Assembly: GCA_000091205.1 (NCBI GenBank)
Contig: AP006493.2
Strand: one strand, 5' to 3'
DNA: 64,000 nucleotides
Source: Cyanidioschyzon merolae
Lineage: Eukaryota
Below are positions 54,975 through 64,000 of the stretch, in pieces (the stretch's first letter is position 1; every line of letters starts with the position of its first letter). The position numbers and the translations under genes were made by a program. The notes under the pieces were generated by a model. It was not told the origin of the DNA. It saw nothing but the letters and a program-made list of their open reading frames with translations, and made no database searches.

Positions 54975-56338
54975 TTTGCGCTGTAACCACTACCTCGTAA
55001 GAACGCTCTCAATCAAAAAATCCACCGAGTAAGCGTCCGCCGCTCTCAAGCTATGCGTCTGAGGTCTGCTTGACTCCCTGACGAACTGTCTTCACGAGAG
55101 AAGTCACGGCGGTTCCTGTTCCAGTGGTCAGATCTTCGGAAACGGCGGTACTGCGTTCCTCACTAAACAAGACCGAGCATAGCGTTAAACACGACTCACC
55201 GTTCGCACAGAGTGCTCTGCTTTTAATCGGACCGTCGCTGAACCTCAGCAAGCAGATACGAGCCAGACGCTCTCTCCACTCCTTCGTGAATAGCTCTTGC
55301 GTTGGAAGAAATGCTCTACAGTCGACGTGGACGCTGGCAGATCTGCGATGCCGCCGCCGAACTCATGCCACACACCGGTCAACGCCGGTAAGCCTGGTGC
55401 CGCGAACGTTTTCGCGAGCTTGGAGGCGTATCTCCAGCACAAGATCGGGGCTCGTACCCGCGACACGCTTCGCGGCAGAGACACGTGTCCAGGTGGGCAG
55501 TTCCACTTCTGGCTTGAAGTCGCAGGATCTCACCGTACGCAAGTCACGTGACGTGTCGACGCGGGTGCTGGCCGATTGCGCGACGCTGCCGCCGTCGACG
55601 CATCGATCGCCGGGGTCGGGCAGCGTCACTTGCCGCGCAGCGCATGCATCACGCTGCCAGTGCATCCGAGTGGAGGTATGCGTGATGGACGGTATCCGAA
55701 ATGCGAATGTGTATCATGGGATCAAAGATCCATGATCTATGGGAACTTTTTGTTGAACACAAAATGAACCATACTGCATCATGTGTTGCTGTTGCGGAAT
55801 GACGGATACACGCCCTAATGGCGTTATCCATCGCGTATCGCGGGCGGTGATCCCCGGCTTATACACGAAATCGTACGCCAGAGCGCACTGCACCGTACCG
55901 CTGGTGGCTACGGGTGCAGGCACTGGATCGATCGATCGAACGAGTTCGGTTCTGGTGCAAAGATCTCACTGAATGATAATGGCGATTCAGAGACAGGACT
56001 CTCTGCCGTACAAAGGGCGAAAAGCCGTCCCCGATGCAGATGTTTCGGAAACTGCGTTTGCCCTTCACGTTCATGACTTTATCATGTTCCCGATAAAGTT
56101 GAGACGTGCTGTTTTCGCTATGCTCCATCAGGGCGTTGGATCACAGCTTCGGGGGACTGACTGTGGTCAACGGGCCCTGCACCCGCCTTCGAAAGTACAA
56201 GGCTCCGGTAGCGCGCTATCAGTTGGTTCTGGAGGGCATAACGAGGCGGGTTCGGATACGTTGCGGTAAGTCTCAGGTATATCCGCGTCGCCGGAAAGTG
56301 TGCCGCCGCGCTACGTACCAAGCATTGCATGCGGCTAG

Positions 56339-57628
56339 ATGCCATTATCGGTTATTCTGTTTCACTGCTCTGGTTCCTTCAACAGCTCGGAGCGTTATCG
56401 GGGACAACTGGCCCGGAACCCCGTGTGTGTGTGTGAAAGAGCGGTGTCGCAGCGCTGGAGCCGAACACCGATTGTTCTTGTTGCTGCCGCTGGTGCTGCT
56501 GAGCAGCGCGCGCCCTTGAAAGAGTGCGCTTGTACCTTGGACTGCACGGATATGTGTGTCTTCGTGCGAGTGCCTGGCAGGCCGGCGGCACTACGGAGTG
56601 TGGTTTGGAAGCGCAGCGCTCTTCTGTGCCAGTGGTCACCGGTCGCCTGGTGGTCGCGTCCTCGCCTCGCGCTTGGTTGCCGTGGAACGCGTCGAAGTGC
56701 CGCGGAGAGCACACCAGCGACGCTCGGACGAGTTATTTGCACAGCGCTTTCGTCCAGTCTACGAGTACGGGTCAACAAGGCGCTTCGAGAGCGCTTCTCT
56801 CGACGACAAGCGGATGAGCTGGTGCGTTCTGGCCGGGTCACGATTAACGGAAACCCGGCAACGCTCGGAGCGCGCGTCTCCGTGGACGACGTGATCGCTG
56901 TCGACGGAGAGCTGGTTTCCCTGTCGCAGAGCGCGTTCATTGCAGAAACTGACTTGGCTGCTATTGATTCGTGCTTTGTATATTTCAAGTACTGGAAACC
57001 GGTTGGTGTCGAGTGTACTACCGCCCCAGCCGTACCCGGCAACGTGCTAGAGGCGTCGGGGCTCGGTGCCTGGGCGGACCAGCACCATCTTCGTTTGTTC
57101 AACGTCGGACGTCTAGATAAAGACTCAACGGGCGTGTTGCTACTGACGAATGATGGACGCGTCGGGAACGCGCTTCTAGGAAGGAACAGTGGTTTTGTGA
57201 AAAGCTATCTGGTCACGCTGGACAAACCGATAGCTGACGAGGATATCGAGGCCATTCAGCAAGGCTTTGTGGTCGAAACCGAATACCGGCACGACAAGAA
57301 AGTGAAAACGATTCGCTTGCCAACCTTACCGTGTGCAGTGCGACGGCGCCCGCAACTCAACGAGATCGAAATCGATATTCATGAGGGCCGTAACCGTCAG
57401 ATTCGGCGAATGCTCATTTCACTTGGGTACCAAGTACGACGGCTGCATCGATTTGCCTTTTGCGGTATTGAACTGGGGCCAGAGCTAGATAAAGAGGGTT
57501 CCTGGGCGCCACTGAACGAACGTGAACTTGGAATCATTGCGGAGGCGCTGCGTATGCATGCGGAGCACAAAAGCATGCCCAGTCACAAGCGGCCTACCCA
57601 GTTTCGCATTCTCGATACAAGATCATGA
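56339..57628 (+). CDS. RsuA/RluB-family pseudouridine synthase (S4 domain plus PseudoU_synth_2), bacterial/organellar type, with an N-terminal extension
   Basis: S4-like 'RQADELVRSGRVTINGNPATLGARVSVDDVIAVDGELV'. Catalytic 'VGRLDKDSTGVLLLTNDG' (conserved Asp). 'IEIDIHEGRNRQIRRMLISLGYQVRRLHRFAFCGIEL' is the RsuA-family C-terminal motif. The first ~130 aa lie outside the domain. Confidence 0.75.
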   Translation: MPLSVILFHCSGSFNSSERYRGQLARNPVCVCERAVSQRWSRTPIVLVAAAGAAEQRAPLKECACTLDCTDMCVFVRVPGRPAALRSVVWKRSALLCQWSPVAWWSRPRLALGCRGTRRSAAESTPATLGRVICTALSSSLRVRVNKALRERFSRRQADELVRSGRVTINGNPATLGARVSVDDVIAVDGELVSLSQSAFIAETDLAAIDSCFVYFKYWKPVGVECTTAPAVPGNVLEASGLGAWADQHHLRLFNVGRLDKDSTGVLLLTNDGRVGNALLGRNSGFVKSYLVTLDKPIADEDIEAIQQGFVVETEYRHDKKVKTIRLPTLPCAVRRRPQLNEIEIDIHEGRNRQIRRMLISLGYQVRRLHRFAFCGIELGPELDKEGSWAPLNERELGIIAEALRMHAEHKSMPSHKRPTQFRILDTRS

Positions 57629-58285
57629 CGAATGCGCCTGACTTGGCCTCGTACAACATTCATTGTCTGCACGGCGGGTTCACGGGCGTGAGTCGTCTGT
57701 CGCTAGACGCATTGGTTCCGGTCTCGTTGAAGCTGGCTACATGGCCGTGTTTCATTGCGATATGACACGTACGGGGCACCACATGGCGTGCAGCCACTGC
57801 ACGATCCGGTGCGAGTGTGTCTCCGTTGAGCCGCTGAATCCAAAAAGTTGTTTCTGATACCTGAGTTGACAGGGCGATGTTGTCGCGCTCATGAGCGCTC
57901 GCGGCTGTCGGGAAACCGCCGTCGCCCGGTAAAGACGCTCTAATGTTTCGAGCATTACCTGTAATCCCGTCATTCTAGACGCATCTTTTGGTGCTGTGCT
58001 GCGGAGCATGCGCGAAGACTGGACGAAAGTCGCGCCCAATCGGACCAAACTAGCCCTGGTGTCGCCGTGGCTCCGGTTGCACCACCTGCGAGGCAATGTT
58101 GCACTTCAGAACGTTTGGGATCTGGGGCTGCATGCTCCAGTAGAACGTGGACGCGTGGCGTTCCGTTGCAACATGTGCAGTCAGCGCTGCGCGCCGTCGC
58201 GACAACAACAACGTCACCCTGTGGTATTCGTTTTATAAAGTGATCATTTTTCGCCCGCTGTTACCAGCAGCATTCTTCCTAGGGA

Positions 58286-59032
58286 TCAGTCAGATGGCTT
58301 CTCTTTGGTATAATTGCTTCTTTTGCGCGCTTCCTCGCTTACTCTTTGCATGATAAACGTATACGTCTTATCAAAGTCAGGAACTGCTCGAAGCTCCAGC
58401 CTCGCTCCGCCCTTGAGCAGAATCACGTAGTCTGCGGAGATACCGCCGAACCTTCGAACGTATCGTACTTCCTCAATATCACGATAAACTACTTCGGTTT
58501 CATCACGACCCATGAATCCTGCCCGAACGTATATGCTGCGGTTCGAAATACGGTAACGAACCCAGTACTGTCGCGCTAGCGCTGCCGCGAAAGGTATCAC
58601 GCCGATAACCGTGAGAATCGAAAGCCCCGGCAGAAGCAACTCCGTCCAGGAAGGCGGTCCATCATAGAACGTCTGTTCAGGCTCTAGCGATGATGGTTTG
58701 CGAATTGCTTCTTCCTCCTCGTCCACGGACTTTTTGCGAACCTTCATCACCGGAGACGGAAGTCTGCGAAGCGGCGGCCTCTGCGTGCGCCGTCCCACAC
58801 GCCGTTTCACGCTGGTGGGCGTCACAAGCGGTTGCACCACGCGTGCCGACACAACAGCTGGTAGCGCTACGAACATGTTTGAGACGTATGACGTTCCAAC
58901 TTGGACTGCTGTGGGAAGCGCTGTTCGCCAGCGTCTCAGTGAATGCCGGGCGTTCTGGTTGCCAACGCCCAGCTCAGTTCCAGAGCACGAGTAGCACACT
59001 AGTGTACCTCTGTGAACACCTTGAAAAACCAC
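58286..59032 (-). CDS. membrane protein with a bacterial PH (bPH_2/YdbT-like, DUF304) domain
   Basis: Two TM helices ('LLLPGLSILTVIGVIPFAAALA'), then 'RYRISNRSIYVRAGFMGRDETEVVYRDIEEVRYVRRFGGISADYVILLKGGARLEL', typical of bPH_2. Confidence 0.5.
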   Translation of the reverse strand: MVFQGVHRGTLVCYSCSGTELGVGNQNARHSLRRWRTALPTAVQVGTSYVSNMFVALPAVVSARVVQPLVTPTSVKRRVGRRTQRPPLRRLPSPVMKVRKKSVDEEEEAIRKPSSLEPEQTFYDGPPSWTELLLPGLSILTVIGVIPFAAALARQYWVRYRISNRSIYVRAGFMGRDETEVVYRDIEEVRYVRRFGGISADYVILLKGGARLELRAVPDFDKTYTFIMQRVSEEARKRSNYTKEKPSD

Positions 59033-59471
59033 GCAACCCTTTCCTCTGAGAGTCCTGAAAGCTCAAATGTCTCTAGAGCAGCGTACAGCAATGCGCTTTC
59101 TAGTACGCCAAACCGACTGACATAAACAAGGATACGCTTGTGCCTGGTGTGTGCGGCGCTGCACGCCCTGGATGCGGACACGCGGACGCCAGCGTTAGCG
59201 ATCGACAAACGTCGCTGTGATTTTGTTTTTCGATGACGAAACCACGAACATGGACCATAGATCCCAGATTGCCGGATGGATACTGACTTTCGGGAAAGCG
59301 TCCATCATGATGCGGCACTCTACCTCCAAGTTCCATTACTGATACTTCCTTTCGGATGCACTGGTCGTTTTTTACGTACTGTCGAGCGTCAAGCGCCGGT
59401 GCGTCACGGTGCATGGGCGAGGCAGCGAGTCCGTGTTCGGTGTGAGAGGCATGCTCATCCGGGGTTTCGCG

Positions 59472-61520
59472 TCATATGGGGTTTTCCTGGGCAAAGTCTA
59501 AGACAGCAAGTTTGTAGATACATAAATCGACCGCAGGATATGCGTGCAGGGGGCGTCGTTTTGTACTCGGCTTGTCCAAATGCTCCGCATATTTGCGCTC
59601 GTTACCGATCTGCGCAAAGTGCACGCGAACGATCGAGAGCGGCTCCACACAAACTTGTGGATCGACTCGGAGCGACACTCGGCAGAATCTTGTCTCACTG
59701 TTGCCGAAACAGTCATTTGGTGTCGATGTACCCTGGAGCGTGAACATCGCTGGCGAACGAAACGACAAAAGCGCTTCGTAGCGGACCTGCACGGATGGAG
59801 TTTCGTTTTGGAAGGATGCGTGCGCAGACGCACGACTCGTTGAAAAGAGCAGCATGATTGTTGCCGGACAGATCGGCTCCGACAGCTGGACTATCACTGA
59901 GGCAGAGCCACGGGGAACGTGCCAACACCGACCGCGTGAAAGCGGCGCATGAAGACCCTGCGACTGCAGCATAATGGCTGGCGCAAAAGGCAACGGGCGA
60001 TGGCAGTTGCGTGCAGCTCGCGATCCGAAAGCAGCCCTCAAGACGCAGCGCACGCGGTTGCTCCAGTAGCTGACAAATGTCCTTGTCCAGGAAGGCTGGG
60101 CGCGAATGATTCGTGCTCCAGCCGAGGCGAGCGCATAATCCGATGCTGCTGTCGACATCCACTGCGAGTTGTGCATGTGCGCACGCTGTCGACGCAGCAT
60201 GCCTTCGAGGCGCTCAAATCGAGTTTCCAAGTTGCGTACCAGTTGCATAGCGTCCGTGCGAACTGTTGCTAATGACTCGCGAAGCTCCCGTAGCTCTGTC
60301 GAGATTGCGGATGCCTGTTGTACATGTACATGTTGGAGATTATCGAGATCCACAAGCGCGCCTGCCTTGTTGTCACGCAAATATCCAAGCAATGTCTCCA
60401 CATCCGGCTGTGATTGAGAATCATCCCCGCGCCATGGGGACGAGGACGTATTCTCCATTCGAGTCAGTTGTTCGGAGAGGAGCGCTTCAATCCGATCAAT
60501 TCGATGGACGAGCTCATTCCAGTGGGAATCAGCGCGAGCAGGAGCGCGATGACGTAGCCACTCGGAATACCAGTGCATTCCAGGCAAAACATGATACGAG
60601 GCGATCGAAGCGCTCCACAGAGCTCTCCACGTGGATCTCTGGAACACGGATAAATGCCTAGCCCAGTCGAGTCCAGATCCAAAGTTCGATATCGCGCGTG
60701 GCCTCGTAGTTTGTATTGTTTCCCCTTTCATAGACGCTTTTGCATGGTGAGAGAATTGACGCAACCACACAGGCACACTACCTAATCGTGCAATGAGTTG
60801 GCCGCTCCGTTGAAAGCCGCTATAAAAGACGCTCACCAATTTTCGCGGCATCAGGTTCCCGGAGAATACTCTTCCCCGATCAGGGATCGAAAGCAATGCG
60901 GAGAAGGCTTTTCGATACGCTGGTGCGCCGGGCTTGAGACACCCTGTCAGAACACAGAGCAAACCGATAAGCACGAACATAGCTAGCTTGAAGGAACGAC
61001 GACGACGACGGGGTCGTGCTGCAAGGCTGGTCGTTTCCCAGCGGCGCCCGCGGCCGCCAGACGCAAGTCGCCCGTGTATGCTTGACCAGCGTTCGTGAAT
61101 TCGCGACACCGCCCATGCCAGAGAATAACTAACCAGATTCAAACTCCATACGAAGCGCAGTGCATCTGAAATCCGCTGAGAAGGCGCGTCTCGATCAGTG
61201 GCCTCGAAATGCACGCGCCTTGGGGTATGATTTGCCGGTAAGCGCGTTGCCCGCCCTGACGGGGTGCCAACAAGTTGGACATTGCCCGTTGTGCAACCAT
61301 CATCGTCAACTGGAGGTCGACACCTGCGGATCTTCTCACTGTGCCGAGTTGAATAATGATGCGCAAGCTTAGGTTCACTTCTGGGCGCGTCACCGCGCTC
61401 TGGGCTCTCCACAGAGAAGGAAAGACGCCGTCGCGTGCGTGGCGTTGCTTTCGGCTCTATAGCGGTTGGCGTATTGTTCCGCATGAAGCAACTCGTTACT
61501 ATTGTGCAGTGCTGCCCCAA
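59472..61520 (-). CDS. SUN-domain (Sad1/UNC-84) nuclear-envelope protein
   Basis: Classic architecture. N-terminal basic region, a single TM ('FKLAMFVLIGLLCVLTGCL'), long coiled-coil-like middle, and a C-terminal SUN-domain start motif 'DYALASAGARIIRAQPSW' followed by ~170 aa. Confidence 0.6.
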   Translation of the reverse strand: MGQHCTIVTSCFMRNNTPTAIEPKATPRTRRRLSFSVESPERGDAPRSEPKLAHHYSTRHSEKIRRCRPPVDDDGCTTGNVQLVGTPSGRATRLPANHTPRRVHFEATDRDAPSQRISDALRFVWSLNLVSYSLAWAVSRIHERWSSIHGRLASGGRGRRWETTSLAARPRRRRRSFKLAMFVLIGLLCVLTGCLKPGAPAYRKAFSALLSIPDRGRVFSGNLMPRKLVSVFYSGFQRSGQLIARLGSVPVWLRQFSHHAKASMKGETIQTTRPRAISNFGSGLDWARHLSVFQRSTWRALWSASIASYHVLPGMHWYSEWLRHRAPARADSHWNELVHRIDRIEALLSEQLTRMENTSSSPWRGDDSQSQPDVETLLGYLRDNKAGALVDLDNLQHVHVQQASAISTELRELRESLATVRTDAMQLVRNLETRFERLEGMLRRQRAHMHNSQWMSTAASDYALASAGARIIRAQPSWTRTFVSYWSNRVRCVLRAAFGSRAARNCHRPLPFAPAIMLQSQGLHAPLSRGRCWHVPRGSASVIVQLSEPICPATIMLLFSTSRASAHASFQNETPSVQVRYEALLSFRSPAMFTLQGTSTPNDCFGNSETRFCRVSLRVDPQVCVEPLSIVRVHFAQIGNERKYAEHLDKPSTKRRPLHAYPAVDLCIYKLAVLDFAQENPI

Positions 61521-63649
61521 ATCTAGCCAACTGGGTCCCGAAGACGCTCTCTTTCTCTCGCGAAAGCGCGTGGAAACTGTTTCGATCCGAGGCCAGGCCC
61601 CAACAAGCTGACTTGATGGAAGCTCAGATTTCGCTCCTCCAAACTGCTCTACGCCTCAAAGAGGTCGTGTTCGGTCTATCCACGGCGTGTCGAGACGGGC
61701 TGCACGGTCCCTCGGTGAGAGTCGAAACACCAGCGGCTTCGAGGCACTTCGCGTCCCCGCTCAGCGTCGTTCGCACTAGTGAGCGCCACGCACTCGTCGG
61801 CTCTGCGCTCACCAAAGGTGCGACGCGCTAGCCCCCCTGAAACACCGGAATACCTGAACCAATACCGTTGCTGAGGACAGCTGTGGATGAAGCGACAAGC
61901 CTCGCGCGGCTCTTGGTAAGAAAGTTTTTCGCGTGCAGCGCTGCGCCCGGCGTCCCCGAGCCAGAACGCTACGTGTGATCTTGGCGCCGAATCGCACCGA
62001 TCGGCACTGGACCTCAGAGCAACTGCCACAGCTGCCTGCTACACGAGTCCTCGACCAGGATCGATGCAGCGTAGGCGATCAGCAGTGTGTGTATTTGATT
62101 GTTTGCCTGCTTGCGATATCATTGGGTGGTGGTATGATTCCTGAATAGTACTGACTTCCAGAATCGGTAATCAAGCTAGATGCAGCATAGACGATCAGCA
62201 GTAGCTGTATGGTTGCTTGCCGGCTTGCTTGCCTGGAACACCATGGAACGCGGCATACTTCCGGTTCGATCATGAAGAATTGTCCTCGTAAATGTTCAGA
62301 GCATGCAATCGTTTCGCGATCACGAATTTTGCTGCGCAAGGGCTTCAGAGGATGTCGGCGTGCTCGCGATATCAGCGCGGTATCGGACGCTCGTGTGGGA
62401 TGCGAACTGCTTTGGCGCATCTCTTGGCCAACAATTTCAGATTGGCGCCTCTGACGCAAGCCAGCAGCGCATGGGTAAGTAGAAAAGATGCTTCAGATAC
62501 GGGGTATTTTCGGACAATGCCAGTGCGACACTTTTCACAGAGGTCTGGTTTGGCGTGCGAATGAAACGAGTTTCGGGTGTTCCGTCATCAAGCAGGCGCC
62601 TGCAGACCGCCATTGACACTGTATTCGAGTGCGCGTTTTCAGGTACTGCAAGCCGCACGAATGCTACGTGAGACGCGCCGCTGCGTCGAGCCGCACCGTC
62701 TCCCCCGACACAGCGCCCTGAATACAGCGAGTCGTATCGTAGGAAGCGGCGAATAGTTGCAGTGGATGCTACATCGCTTCAGATCAAACGTTCCAGATCA
62801 TCGAGGCAGCGTGGTGCACAGCTGGATTCCTGTAAACAGGGAAGAAACCTCCACAACGCGTTCGGGTATGGGATGCGCTTCTGGCGTGCGCTATGGACAG
62901 TTCAGGCAGGCCATGGAAAAGGGCTTGGCATCACGCGCACCCAGCAGCGTCAATTCACAACGACGCAGTTTGTCACGAGATGGCTGCTATGTTGACACTC
63001 GGCGCTGCGACGATATCGCTTCCATTTCATTTGCCATGCGGGGAATCGAGCAATGAGCGTCGCACTTGGCGGCGTGCTTCGCCGTCCGCAACGCGCAGCT
63101 ACCGCAGCTCGAGCGCCCAAGCACACCGCAGACCAAAATGGAGCACTGAACTGCTCGATGTGCTTTAGCAGTTCGATTTCTTGGACATTTTTGAGGTGCA
63201 CAGCCTCGAAGTACAAAATTTCGCACTAGGGGCTTACAGGTTCATACTCCATTCAAGCATTCTCGGGCGTCTTGTCGATGCGGATGCTTCGATACATCGG
63301 CGATGGCATTCGTGATGCCGAGGAAGGCAAGACGATTCGCAAAGCCCTCGAACACGGCATCGTACAATAACTGAGATCGTTATCCAGTTCATGGCTGCAA
63401 GCTCTCGCGCTTCCCTTTCGCTACTTGAAGCATGCTCAACTCATGTAGTCTTCATGCGTAAGATCTTCCTGCCTCAAGGCAAATATTTCGTACAACAAAG
63501 CTCGTAGCTAGGTTTAAGAGGAAAAATACTCGAGGCTGTCCATTGAAGATATCTTCACAAGTTCATGCTGAAAGCGCGCTGAGCTTTTTCACTAAATAAC
63601 GATGATTCCGGTTGAAGAACACATCCGCTTTTCTCTGTGGCCATTGACG

Positions 63650-64000
63650 AGCATGCATGCAGTATCTGCTTGATTTACCTCATGAGATGCGCCGTCGGAG
63701 GCGTGCATCCATTCTGTTTGCGTGGAGAAGGGGTTTTTGGACTCGGACTGGAGTCATTGCAGCGATTGCCCCTGGTGGAGCGTGCTTCACGCCATTGCGC
63801 GAAGAAAGTACAGACAGATCGAAGTTTCTCGACTTGAACTCCAGTCTGGGTTTTCCTTCTGGTACTTGTTTCGTCATCAACAACATTGCGCTAAAGAAAT
63901 TGCTCTATAAAAAATGGAACAGCGCGCGCTTGCGATGCGGCAGACAAGGCACTCGCCGAGGGCACCGCCCAGAATAAGATCGTCGTCCTAGATGCCACAT
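63650..64000 (-). repeat. partial, diverged copy of the inverted-repeat arm element (truncated by the window end)
   Basis: 63720-63790 is the reverse complement of arm A ~18650-18700 ('ggcaatcgctgcaatgactccagtccgagtcc'; peptide 'IAAMTPVRVQKP'). 63905-63950 'aatggaacagcgcgcgcttgcgatgcgg' matches arm A ~16420-16460 'ccattcg...' and copy 45855-45900. The spacing is compressed in the same way as the 45.5-46.1-kb copy. Confidence 0.5.

Noticed and set aside
49747-57628. Possibility that QueC, RsuA and DUF218 represent bacterial contamination or a chimeric contig
   Set aside because: They have the same GC and codon style as the flanking unmistakably eukaryotic genes (SRPK, EED, SUN) and are tightly interleaved with them. 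N-terminal presequence-like extensions are present, and a Tat-signal TPR gene and a nuclear Psb27 with plastid targeting sit on the same contig. The genes are therefore interpreted as nuclear and of endosymbiotic or HGT origin.
1-64000. Search for tRNA, rRNA or snRNA genes (T-loop GGTTCGA[AT]TCC, box A/B patterns)
   Set aside because: No cloverleaf-compatible candidate with an intact T-loop and acceptor pairing was found by eye. Near-matches (for example ~17085, ~28905) lack the remaining structure. A proper tRNAscan/Infernal run is needed, so none is reported.

Overview
This is a 64-kb window of GC-rich (~55-60%), gene-dense, apparently intron-poor eukaryotic nuclear DNA. Most genes read as single uninterrupted ORFs. 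The gene content points to a photosynthetic eukaryote: a nuclear Psb27 with a twin-arginine thylakoid-lumen signal, a second Tat-signal TPR protein, and several bacterial-type genes with organelle-style extensions (QueC, RsuA-type pseudouridine synthase, DUF218, bPH_2), sitting alongside typical eukaryotic genes (Derlin, an SLC25 carrier, GFAT, KAR/HSD17B12-like reductase, the PRC2 WD40 subunit EED, ATP synthase subunit d, a MARCH-type RING-CH protein, SRPK, a SUN-domain protein, a PGAM-family histidine phosphatase). The organism cannot be named from sequence alone. The most striking structure is a ~3.4-kb inverted repeat at ~99% identity (arms ~15905-19293 and ~26708-30100). It brackets a 7.4-kb cassette holding three signal-peptide-bearing, tandem-repeat, mucin-like surface glycoprotein ORFs (two of them probably one frameshifted gene) built from 213/219-bp, 21-bp and 84-bp satellites. 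The arms carry no convincing ORF. They belong to a dispersed repeat family, with older internally deleted copies at ~45550-46150 and ~63650-64000, so they look like a non-coding, likely non-autonomous mobile element whose two inverted copies could mediate inversion of the cassette. Other mobile DNA: a degenerate LINE (RT, CCHC finger, A-rich tail) on the minus strand at ~9000-12750, lying within ~700 bp of the GFAT start codon; a 5'-truncated copy of its 3' end at ~23800-24065; and a Tc1/mariner-like DDE transposase remnant at ~43921-44232. A nuclear QueC (preQ0-pathway enzyme) with a ~120-aa N-terminal extension is unexpected, because eukaryotes are generally considered queuosine salvagers. 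No rRNA, tRNA or CRISPR features could be supported.
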